A stretch of DNA of 63,910 nt, counting the filler, from an uncultured bacterium (GTDB taxonomy: Bacteria; CAZSTA01): NCBI GenBank assembly GCA_964609495.1. It is 8 parts of 8 records of this genome, joined end to end, with 100 filler letters (N's around TTAATTAATTAA, not from the genome) between each part and the next. Parts side by side here need not be neighbours in the genome. Positions count along the whole stretch, not along the records: positions 50,563 to 58,563 come from CAZSTA010000172.1; positions 58,664 to 63,910 come from CAZSTA010000233.1; 6 more parts are not named here. One strand, given 5' to 3'. Position 1 is the stretch's first letter; each line of letters opens with the position of its first letter. Position numbers and translations under genes: made by a program. This document shows positions 51,713 to 60,473 of the stretch, one piece after another. The notes beneath the pieces were generated by a model. That model was not told where the DNA came from. It saw only the letters and a program-made list of their open reading frames with translations, and ran no database searches.

Positions 51713-51807
51713 GTGATCTACTGAGACTCGATTAAGAGAGGGTTGAAATTGAAACGGTTCACTACATAAGTGTCGCCAGAAAAAGGGAATACAGATAGAC
51801 TCGATTA
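51713..51807 (+). CRISPR. Degenerate single-spacer CRISPR unit
   Basis: 37-nt repeat-like GTGATCTACTGAGACTCGATTAAGAGAGGGTTGAAAT, a 36-nt spacer, then a partial repeat sharing AGACTCGATTA at an exact 73-bp period. Confidence 0.55.
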
Positions 51808-51970
51808 TAATTATAAAGTTACTCAGAAAGCTCTAATAGTTTAGAGAATAAAACGTTTGAGTTAGTAGAACAGATGCTAAGGGAGATGTTTATGTAATGA
51901 AGAATCATGGGGACTGTTGAAAGTAATTCAATAGTCCCTTTCTTAATCTTGTAGGAACATTGAGAGGAGA

Positions 51971-52963
51971 TTGAAGGTGAATAAAGAAGCATTTTTGCGG
52001 AAATTAGCTATGATTTATTATCTGATGCTTCATCCTAAAGGAGCTGATAGGTATGATCTTTTAGAGTGCATTAGAGATTTAGATTTAGAGGAAAGAGGTG
52101 AGAGAACTTTCTATAGGGATATCCGTGAGTTGAGACAAATTGGAGCTAATATAGAGTGCCGAGATGGGAAATATTACCTCTTAGATGAACCAAATATCTT
52201 TAAGCAGAAGCCTAGCTTAGAGGAGTATAAAGTTCTATTTACAAGCGTTTACTTTTTATCTAAACATCGTAATACCCCTTTTGAGAAGCCAAGCCTAAAG
52301 CTATTAGATAAGATGTACCTAGAGATTCCTAAGCATCTTAGAGCTAGGATGAAACAAATAATAAAATGGATATCTATCGGACCAGATCAGATAGCCGATT
52401 ATAACGGAGTAAGTAAATCTTTTAAATTGATCGAATGGGCTATATCTGAAAAAAGGAGGTTAGAGGCTAAGTACTTCTCCTTCTATGAGAATATGACCTA
52501 TCAATTTTTTCTTGATCCCTACGGATTAAAATTTGATAAGCACTGGTATGCTATAGGATATGATCACTACCATCAAGATATAAGGACATTTAAGATTAAA
52601 CGTTTTAGGGAGGTAAGATTAACTAAGGAGAGCTTCAAACATCCTGTGGATTTCTCTTTAGATGATTTCTTTGGTCCAAGTTGGCGAATTTTCCGAGAAA
52701 AGGATATAGTCAAAGTCAAAGCTAAATTTTCAGCTAGGGTGGCTCCTCTGATTAAGGAAAGAGCGCCTCACCCAAGTCAGAAGATAGAGAAATTCCCTGA
52801 TGGAGCGATTATCTTTACCGTTTCGGTCAGTGGGATGAAGGAGATATCATTGTGGTTACTAACATTTGGAGCTGAAGCTGAGGTATTAGAGCCGCAAGAG
52901 CTACGTCAAAAGATGATAGATACAGCTAGGGAGATGCTCAAGCTCTATGACGAGGAAAAATAA
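51971..52963 (+). CDS. HTH-WYL-WCX transcriptional regulator
   Basis: ERTFYRDIRELR HTH; DPYGL...HWYAIGYDH...IRTFKIKR WYL domain; WLLTFGAEAEVLEPQELR. Confidence 0.93.
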   Translation: MKVNKEAFLRKLAMIYYLMLHPKGADRYDLLECIRDLDLEERGERTFYRDIRELRQIGANIECRDGKYYLLDEPNIFKQKPSLEEYKVLFTSVYFLSKHRNTPFEKPSLKLLDKMYLEIPKHLRARMKQIIKWISIGPDQIADYNGVSKSFKLIEWAISEKRRLEAKYFSFYENMTYQFFLDPYGLKFDKHWYAIGYDHYHQDIRTFKIKRFREVRLTKESFKHPVDFSLDDFFGPSWRIFREKDIVKVKAKFSARVAPLIKERAPHPSQKIEKFPDGAIIFTVSVSGMKEISLWLLTFGAEAEVLEPQELRQKMIDTAREMLKLYDEEK

Positions 52964-52975
52964 ATTTTAAAAAAG

Positions 52976-53016
52976 ATCCTACTGACAAAAGAGATGTCAG
53001 TAGGATTTGGTATAAT
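52976..53016 (+). promoter_or_regulatory. cas operon promoter with a WYL-type operator
   Basis: Perfect 12-bp inverted repeat ATCCTACTGACA-7 bp-TGTCAGTAGGAT over the -35 position, then an extended -10 TGgTATAAT (53011-53016). Confidence 0.75.
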
Positions 53017-53058
53017 ATAGAAGGACAGGAAACATTATATCGGAAAGGAGAAAATATT

Positions 53059-55848
53059 ATGAGATCTGTTGAAAGGGACATCTTGCTTGAATTTGGATTG
53101 ATAGATGAGCCATTGAGCAGAATTTATATCGAGGAAATAGCCAATAAGAAGCTAGTTAGATATAAGGATATCATTCACGATACTGGACCTAAGAAGGGAG
53201 AGAGCCTCTTCACTCACGTCATTAACGGGGTATTCTTGATCGAACGCTTGCGTGATGTTCTTCCTATATCTGATATCGAAGCCGAAGTGCTATTTACCGC
53301 TTATACTATCCACGATATAAATAAGCTTCCCGAGTATGGTGGTCAAAGATATAACGATATAGCCACAAAGGAAAATATTGCAAGAGAGTTGGGAAACTTG
53401 GAGATGGAGTTATTCTTCCCGGAATATGAGGATTATCTCGATGATATTAGAATCCTAGCGCGCTCTCATTCTGGACATTACCACTCTGATGGAGAATCTC
53501 TAAAAAAATCATATAATCCTTACAAATTGGGAAAGAATAGAATAGATCAGCTTAAACACATTATTCGGGCGGTGGATGCAGTAGATCTATCACAGGAATT
53601 AGAGGAGAGAAGTGAGAAAAACAAATTCCTCTCCGAAATAAACATTTTCTCGGATACTCAATATACCTTCTGCCATCATAAGCTGACCGAACATCGTGGG
53701 ATATTAACCAATATCATTCATAATGAGATTGTCTCTTATCTAGAAAACGAGCTTGATCTATTACCTCTCCTATTCTATCCCGATGGAGTAGCCTATCTGG
53801 TGGAGAAGAATAGAGAGTTATCTCTATCTAAAGACGATCTGGAGAATATCGGAGAGAGGGTGGCAGAGCGAGTGGCGGATATGACTAGGGCAAATTACAC
53901 AGATTTTATCAATCCTGCTAGTACCGGGATAAGGATCGATCCTAAATGCCTGAGCTTGAATATTTCCCCAAAGAAGATCATTAAGGAAGTGTATAATATC
54001 ATTTCCAGAAGAAAGTTTAGGATCGCTTATATGGAGGAGGGCTGTAAAAAGCGAACTCTTAGGAATATCCAAAAACTTAGGAAGAAAGCCAAAGATGAAT
54101 CTCTTAGAGTTCAGTTGGATAAAGTGGAAAGAGAGATTTCGAGCAGTTCCTCTCTACTCCCTAAAGATGAGGATAAATTGAGAATGGGAGAGCTACTGAA
54201 GACCTATTATATCTTCATCAACGACGAATATTTCAATAAAGATATTGAGCAATCGTGGAAGTATATCTACGATCTTCTAAGCATTGATGAGGATAAAATA
54301 ATCGCTCTTGAGTATTTCGATGCTCGCTATGATCGAGCCTTCCTGGTGGTTAAAGATCTAGAGAGCAATTTTGAGGATCTATATGAGGTGATTGTCGAGG
54401 ATAGCCAGCAATTATTCGGTGAAATCTCCTCCGAGAAAGATAATCAATTCAGCGCTCTAAAGGAGTATGTCAAGAATTACACGGATTTCAGCTTCGCCTT
54501 CGAGCGAGAGATAGATTTTACTCGATATCTTCAGAACTACACTCAGAGCAATCATAAACAATGTTGCTATTGTGGCTCTGAATTTCCTACAGATGAGTGG
54601 ATGACTGCTGATGTTCCTAAAGGCATAAAAGTGCAAAAATTCTCCAATCGTCTTCTAGGAGGACAAGGAGATCCTAATCGTAATATATGCGATATCTGTA
54701 AGATCCAATTTCTAGTGGAGAAGCTGAATTACGATATCTTAGGTGGAACCAATGTATATCTACACCTATATCCTTACTCCTTCCATCCCGACATATTCCT
54801 TAAAGCTCTCAACAATGAGCTTAAAAATATTATAGCTCAGGATATCAGCGCAATCCTACTGAAGACAGAAGCCTCTCTGCAAGAGTTCGTCAGCGAAAAC
54901 AGAATCAAACTGATCTACTCACCTACTAAGATCAACGGTAATCCCCTCCCCAAATTCGCTGATATTTTGGGCAATAACTTCATCTTTCCGCTAAATTGCG
55001 TAGGGGGTAACGACTCCGAAAGGTTTCTCTTCGCCCTAGAAAATGCACTCTTCTTGCAAAAATACCTTGGATGTAAAGTGTTGCTGACCGATTCCGCAGT
55101 TCCTATATTGGCTAAGCAGGAATTCAACGATGTCTTCATCGATAATATCCCCGCCTCGTTCCGAGGATTATTGCAGTTAAATGATCTATCCAAATCTGAA
55201 TTAGGGGAGGTCTGGCGTAAAATTAAGATCCTTTATAGCCTCAAAAGTATAGTTCACGATCCGAAATCGAAGAGGAACGAGTTTCTCACCCTCATCCGGA
55301 GCCTAATCGGAGATGAGCTTCAGATATACTATGTCGTAGATCGCCTCTTGGAGAATAAGTTGAGGAATATGAGGGATCAGGGTAGAAGAGAGGGATTGAG
55401 TCTAAATCTTTCCAAAAAACTGATCACTTTAATAAATGATCTGATTAAAGGAGGGGAAAAAGTGCAGGAGCTTAAAACTTTAGCTCAAATAGCATGGGAT
55501 GCTAAAATTAAAGGAGAGACACTCAGAAGAAATTCGCTCTTAAAACCCTTAGATATGATCCTCGAGAAACTCTCTCATCGAAGTGAAATGCTCGATTTAG
55601 AGGTGATTAAGGCAGCCCTGGTAGAGGATATCTTCGCCCATCTAGAACGTATTGCCTCTGAGCAATATAAACCAGGAGCAACTAAGCGAGAAAGAATAAA
55701 ACAATATGTGGATCAGTTCTTCACCGGAGTTCTAGATAAAGGTTTCAAGGGCGATATAAACAAGTTGCTAGCTGATGAAAAAACTATAAGATCCGCTTAC
55801 CTGTTCTATGTTAAAGAGCAGATAGGTAGCAAGGAAAAGGAGGTCTGA
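53059..55848 (+). CDS. cas10d: Type I-D CRISPR large subunit Cas10d/Csc3 with N-terminal HD nuclease domain
   Basis: SLFTHVING, TIHDINK, HSGHYH, RGILTNIIHN, PLLFYPDGVAY; zinc finger CCYCG...CDIC; FSNRL. Confidence 0.92.
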   Translation: MRSVERDILLEFGLIDEPLSRIYIEEIANKKLVRYKDIIHDTGPKKGESLFTHVINGVFLIERLRDVLPISDIEAEVLFTAYTIHDINKLPEYGGQRYNDIATKENIARELGNLEMELFFPEYEDYLDDIRILARSHSGHYHSDGESLKKSYNPYKLGKNRIDQLKHIIRAVDAVDLSQELEERSEKNKFLSEINIFSDTQYTFCHHKLTEHRGILTNIIHNEIVSYLENELDLLPLLFYPDGVAYLVEKNRELSLSKDDLENIGERVAERVADMTRANYTDFINPASTGIRIDPKCLSLNISPKKIIKEVYNIISRRKFRIAYMEEGCKKRTLRNIQKLRKKAKDESLRVQLDKVEREISSSSSLLPKDEDKLRMGELLKTYYIFINDEYFNKDIEQSWKYIYDLLSIDEDKIIALEYFDARYDRAFLVVKDLESNFEDLYEVIVEDSQQLFGEISSEKDNQFSALKEYVKNYTDFSFAFEREIDFTRYLQNYTQSNHKQCCYCGSEFPTDEWMTADVPKGIKVQKFSNRLLGGQGDPNRNICDICKIQFLVEKLNYDILGGTNVYLHLYPYSFHPDIFLKALNNELKNIIAQDISAILLKTEASLQEFVSENRIKLIYSPTKINGNPLPKFADILGNNFIFPLNCVGGNDSERFLFALENALFLQKYLGCKVLLTDSAVPILAKQEFNDVFIDNIPASFRGLLQLNDLSKSELGEVWRKIKILYSLKSIVHDPKSKRNEFLTLIRSLIGDELQIYYVVDRLLENKLRNMRDQGRREGLSLNLSKKLITLINDLIKGGEKVQELKTLAQIAWDAKIKGETLRRNSLLKPLDMILEKLSHRSEMLDLEVIKAALVEDIFAHLERIASEQYKPGATKRERIKQYVDQFFTGVLDKGFKGDINKLLADEKTIRSAYLFYVKEQIGSKEKEV
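55462..55848 (+). CDS. cas11d: Cas11d small subunit translated from an internal start in cas10d
   Basis: AAAGGAGGGG RBS then an in-frame GTG (codon 802), giving a 128-aa helical C-terminal product. Confidence 0.7.
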   Translation: MQELKTLAQIAWDAKIKGETLRRNSLLKPLDMILEKLSHRSEMLDLEVIKAALVEDIFAHLERIASEQYKPGATKRERIKQYVDQFFTGVLDKGFKGDINKLLADEKTIRSAYLFYVKEQIGSKEKEV

Positions 55849-55849
55849 A

Positions 55850-56827
55850 ATGAGTATCCTAGAGAAATATCAAGATAAGGTGTTAGAAGCTTATAGCAAT
55901 TTCCCTAAAGGTAGATATGCAAGTATAATCTTGGTGCGTAAGACGGAATCAGAGGTGATATTTCGCACTGAGGGAAGCGGGGAGAAATTAAGCAAAGAAT
56001 TAGTCCGCGCAGGGGCAAAAGACGGTGAGTCTATTCCCAGAGTAGTGATCAGCAAGAGAAAGCAGGTGGCGGTCGAGAGGCGCACCGGAAGGGAATTGCT
56101 GAGAAGGAATAGTTTACTTTTCGGTAAAACCGAAAAAGAAGAGGATATCTGTGCCCTCAATCGCAATAACCCTTGTGGAAGGTGTATAGATTGTATGTTA
56201 TATGGCTATGCGGTGGGAAAAGGTGAAGAAATTGGAGCGCAGAAGTCAAGGGTGATCACTGATGATGCCTTCAGTATTCTACCAGCTTACTCGATCACAG
56301 CCAATAAAACCTTCAATGCCCTTTACGAGAATGGAACTATGCGCGATCCGTTTACCGGAAAACCTTCCACAGGTATCAACGAGGATGAGTATGTCAAGCC
56401 AGAAGCGCATTTCCTCGATATCGAGACCCTGAAGGATGTTACTTTAGGAGAGATCAAGTATGTCTTGGGGAATATTCTGCGAAGCACCCGCTATGGAGCG
56501 ATCTCCTCCCGTTTAGGTCGTGTTAAAAATCTGATGGCGGGTATGATCTTCAGCGATTGCGAGATCTTCAGCAATTTGGAGTTGACTCAGAGAGTATATG
56601 ATCTCCTGCAAGGAGATGGAGGGAGTGATTTCCCCTTAAAGAGTCAGGATGTCTTAGAAGCTGTGCACCAGGCCATAGGGGAATTAATAAGACAGGTTGC
56701 CGGAGAGATCACTATAGTTCCTCAAGAAGAGGTAGAGGGAATCATAAAGGAGATAATCGAGTTATATGGAGATGCCTCTGGGGTTCGGAGTATGCTTCAG
56801 GAGATCACATCTATGTATGAAACTTAG
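55850..56827 (+). CDS. cas7d: Type I-D backbone subunit Cas7d/Csc2
   Basis: IFRTEGSGE, VISKRKQVAVERRTGRELLR, CGRCIDCMLYGYA, QKSRV and RYGAISSR motifs. Confidence 0.93.
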   Translation: MSILEKYQDKVLEAYSNFPKGRYASIILVRKTESEVIFRTEGSGEKLSKELVRAGAKDGESIPRVVISKRKQVAVERRTGRELLRRNSLLFGKTEKEEDICALNRNNPCGRCIDCMLYGYAVGKGEEIGAQKSRVITDDAFSILPAYSITANKTFNALYENGTMRDPFTGKPSTGINEDEYVKPEAHFLDIETLKDVTLGEIKYVLGNILRSTRYGAISSRLGRVKNLMAGMIFSDCEIFSNLELTQRVYDLLQGDGGSDFPLKSQDVLEAVHQAIGELIRQVAGEITIVPQEEVEGIIKEIIELYGDASGVRSMLQEITSMYET

Positions 56828-56918
56828 AAGAGGAATGAGGGGGAAAAGCTGAGTGGGATGAGCGGATATCTCTTATCCCACTTATAATCCCATCTTCATG
56901 AAAAGGAGAGAGTTGATT

Positions 56919-57500
56919 ATGTCTTTACATATATATAGCTGTTCACTGAGTTTGATGGAAAANNNNNNNNNNNNNNNNNNNNNNNNNNNNNNNNNNNNNN
57001 NNNNNNNNNNNNNNNNNNNNNNNNNNNNNNNNNNNNNNNNNNNNNNNNNNNNNNNNNNNNNNTCGGATACCTATTGGTATAAGTTCGTTCAGAATGCCAT
57101 CTCGGTATATAGAAATGAAAGGACAAGGGCAGTCAATTTTCCCCAATTCGGCAAGATCAAATCCCTGGCTTTAGGCAATGAGGCGGTATTCTACATAATC
57201 AGTCGAGAGGATATAAGGGATGATATTCCGAGTTATATTCGTCTGGGGAAGTTTATGAGCAAGGCTAAATTGGATGTGGAGGAAAGCGAATATAAAGAGG
57301 TTGAGGAGGAAGAAATAACGATCGATATCATTCTCAATCCCAATGATCTTTCCCATCCTGAGCAGTTGCGTATCTTCCAGATGTATAATATTCATCCTTC
57401 TCCCCTCATCAGATATGCGGTGCTAAGCGGGAGATTTTATAAACTTAGGAGAGGAACGTATCTACCGGTGGAGATGAGATTCGGGGTGAGCGGATTGTGA
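56919..57500 (+). CDS. cas5d: Type I-D Cas5d/Csc1 (spans a 100-N gap)
   Basis: Position between csc2 and cas3; NFPQFGKIK and PSYIRLGKFMSKA motifs. Confidence 0.85.
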   Translation: MSLHIYSCSLSLMEXXXXXXXXXXXXXXXXXXXXXXXXXXXXXXXXXXSDTYWYKFVQNAISVYRNERTRAVNFPQFGKIKSLALGNEAVFYIISREDIRDDIPSYIRLGKFMSKAKLDVEESEYKEVEEEEITIDIILNPNDLSHPEQLRIFQMYNIHPSPLIRYAVLSGRFYKLRRGTYLPVEMRFGVSGL

Positions 57501-58563
57501 AAATAAGGATAAAATCTCAGTATGAAAAGGTGAATCCGACCAATCCCTTTCCCTCCATAGTCGATAAGCTCCTATATCACCAATATCGAACTTATGAGGC
57601 ACTCAAAAACCGTGATTTGGTGATAAATACTTATAACACTGGCACGGGAAAGACTAAGGCGGCTCTATTTCATCTATTCGATCTTCAGGATACAAATATC
57701 CTCTTCATCGCTCCCACTAATGAGCTAATTCATCAGCATGTAGAGGATGTTCAAAAGTTCATTGATGATGGGGATTTAGATTTTAGGGTTCTGGAGGTCA
57801 ATGCCTCACTTATAAGAGAACTTGATATAGACCGCAATTATCTGAGGAACGGGGAGAAGCTCTATCGTTTGCTTGAGAATCCCTTGGAGTTTGCGGAGGA
57901 ACTACAAATCGATCCTGATGATTATGTGAAGAAACCGATAATTATGGTGGTCAATCCTGATATCTTCTACTATGGATTATACTCCACCTACAACTCCCAC
58001 GATCGGCGAAATATATTCGAAAAATTTCTCACAAGCTTCGATTACATCATAATTGATGAGTTCCACTACTATAATGCTAAACAATTAGCGAATTTCCTTT
58101 TCTTCTTCTCTATCTCTAAGGAGTTCGATTACTTCGCTTATGGACGAAAGATATGTCTTCTCTCTGCTACTCCTGGAAATATCGAGGGATATCTGGATCG
58201 TTTGGAACTCGATTATGAATTGATCTCCCCCGATAATGAAGCTCCCGAAAGCGATAGCTATGAGAAGATGAAATCCCTGACCGATCTTGAACTTGAACTC
58301 TCGGCGATTACATTGGAGAGGCTGGTAGAAGAAAAAGGGAATCTAATCAGGGAATACCAAAGGGATAAGGGACTCGATGGAGCGATAATCAGTAGCGCGC
58401 TTTGGCGAATCAATTTGATAAACCAGTATTTAACTGATCTATCTCCTAAGCGGATCACAGGGCGGAGAGCAAAGAGAATAGAAGATTGGCTAGGAGCAAT
58501 CCTCTGATCCTAGCCACGCCCACAGTTGATATCGGGTATAACTTCGATAAGATGAACAAGAGG
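57497..58563 (+). CDS. cas3: Type I-D helicase Cas3' (frameshift at ~58460; truncated by the contig end)
   Basis: HQYRTY, NTGTGKT, APTNEL, IIDEFHYY and LLSATP motifs; motif ILATPTVDIGYNF continues in another frame after 58462. Confidence 0.88.
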
Positions 58564-58663
58564 NNNNNNNNNNNNNNNNNNNNNNNNNNNNNNNNNNNNN
58601 NNNNNNNTTAATTAATTAANNNNNNNNNNNNNNNNNNNNNNNNNNNNNNNNNNNNNNNNNNNN

Positions 58664-59283
58664 ATCTCTTCTCCTGTAACTTGAGCGAAATATTGACGAT
58701 GTTCGTTGCTACGATGGTCGGTTGGCCCTTGCCCCTGCTTCCCTTACAAATCCTGTGGATGAATCTGATCACCGATGTCTTCCCCGCGATGGCTTTAGCT
58801 ATGGAGGGACCGGAAGAGGGGATTATGAAACAATCCCCTCGAGATCCAAACGAGCAGATTCTAACTAGAGGATTTCAATTTATGATCTTGAGGCAGGGGA
58901 TAGTCTTAACTGCGGTAACCTTGCTCTCTTACCTATGGGGACTCAATCAATATGGACCTGGTCATAGAGCTATAACGATCTCCTTCATGACTCTGAGCTT
59001 ATCCCAACTTCTTTTTGTTTTTAACTGTCGTTCTGCTTATTCGAGCATATTCAAGATGGGACTCTTCTCTAATCTATATATAGTGGGGGCATCAATATTG
59101 ACGATAGGACTTCAACTGCTGGCGGTCTATCTTCCAGTGCTTCAGTTGGTCCTCAAGACTGTTCCTCTCGGCCTACTCGATTGGGAGGTGATATTGATCG
59201 CCTCCTTGACCCCGCTAGTTATAGGAGAGATTTATAAGATAGGGCTGAGAATAAAGGTCCCGCTTGAGGAACGAAGGATATAG
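58664..59283 (+). CDS. Cation (Ca2+-type) transporting P-type ATPase, C-terminal fragment
   Basis: PLLPLQILWMNLITDVFPAMALA, PRDP and FNCRS motifs; 5'-truncated by the contig edge. Confidence 0.9.
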
Positions 59284-60330
59284 ATGAACTTGTTAGATTA
59301 TAAAACTCTTAAAGCCTTGCCAAAGGTAGAACTTCATCTCCATTTAGATGCTTCCGTTCGTCCTTCTACCGTGAAGGAGTTAGGGGAGGAGTATAATATC
59401 CCAATGCCAGATGATATCGAGAATGGTCTTATCGCCCCTCCGATATGTGAGAATCTAGCTGATTATATCTCCCGAGTTGATCTAGCCCTTACCGTTATGC
59501 AGGAGGCGGAGGCTCTAACTCGCATCGCTTATGAATTAGTGGAGGATATCGCCTCGGAGAACGTGATCTATGCTGAGGTGAGGTTCGCTCCTCAACTTCA
59601 TACGCGTAGCGGACTGACGAAGCAGGAGGTTATCAATGCTGTAAGAGAGGCGTTAGAGGAGGGAGAGCGAGTTCATCGAGTAAAGACTAACTTGATCCTC
59701 TGCTGTCTCCGACATGAACCAGGGGAGGTCAGCATTGAGGTAGTGAAGCTAGCCATAGCCAATCGAGAGCGAGGGAATAAGGTAGTTGGAATCGATCTCG
59801 CCGCTGATGAAGCTAATTTCCCTGCTCATCTTCATCAGGAAGCTTTCCAATTGGCGATTGAAGCCGATCTACATCGCACTGTTCACGCCGGAGAGGTAGC
59901 TGGAGCGGAGAGTATCCGTCAAGCTTTAGACCTACTCAAAGCCGAGCGATTGGGACATGGAGTGAGGTTGAAAGAGGATCGCTCCCTTATGAGAAGGGTC
60001 AAGGAGGAGAGGATCGCCTTAGAGATGTGTCCCACCAGTAATTATCAAACTAGGGCGATTGATAGCTTCGCCAACTATCCGATAAGCGATTATTTAAAAG
60101 AGGGAATTATGGTTACTGTCAATACCGATGCGCGAACTATCTCCAATACGACCTTAACTGGTGAGTATCAATTATTAGTCGATAATTTCGGGTGGGCAGA
60201 AGAGGAGATAATGAGGGTTACTCTGAATGGTATAGAATCAGCGTTCATTGAGGAAGAGATAAAAAAGGAGCTAGTGGATAAATTTGAGATGGAATGGATA
60301 GCCGATATCCCTCATTTTCCCCTCCCTTGA
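59284..60330 (+). CDS. add: Adenosine deaminase
   Basis: PKVELHLHLD, YAEVRFAP, TVHAGE, RLGHG, EMCPTSN and VNTD motifs. Confidence 0.93.
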   Translation: MNLLDYKTLKALPKVELHLHLDASVRPSTVKELGEEYNIPMPDDIENGLIAPPICENLADYISRVDLALTVMQEAEALTRIAYELVEDIASENVIYAEVRFAPQLHTRSGLTKQEVINAVREALEEGERVHRVKTNLILCCLRHEPGEVSIEVVKLAIANRERGNKVVGIDLAADEANFPAHLHQEAFQLAIEADLHRTVHAGEVAGAESIRQALDLLKAERLGHGVRLKEDRSLMRRVKEERIALEMCPTSNYQTRAIDSFANYPISDYLKEGIMVTVNTDARTISNTTLTGEYQLLVDNFGWAEEEIMRVTLNGIESAFIEEEIKKELVDKFEMEWIADIPHFPLP

Positions 60331-60340
60331 CAGGAGGGTG

Positions 60341-60443
60341 TAAAGGAAACTTTTTAATTCTGGTAACTTTCTAACCTTATATATTTTTGTCTGCGAAAGT
60401 TACCAGAACACTTGAGTTTTGTTACCGGCAAAAGTTTCCTTTA
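60341..60443. repeat. MITE-like repeat family C, copy 2
   Basis: Perfect 14-bp terminal inverted repeat TAAAGGAAACTTTT/AAAAGTTTCCTTTA, plus an internal 14-bp inverted repeat TTCTGGTAACTTTC/GAAAGTTACCAGAA. Confidence 0.65.
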
Positions 60444-60473
60444 TTTAAGATGAGTTCAAATAGGAGGAAAATT

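Noticed and set aside
51878-51940. AAGGGAG...ATG-TAA-TGA plus hairpin as a CreT-like RNA toxin minigene
   Set aside because: It is equally explained as the 3' end of a deleted gene (...LENKTFELVEQMLREMFM-stop) with its terminator, and no match to the mini-array spacer is seen upstream.
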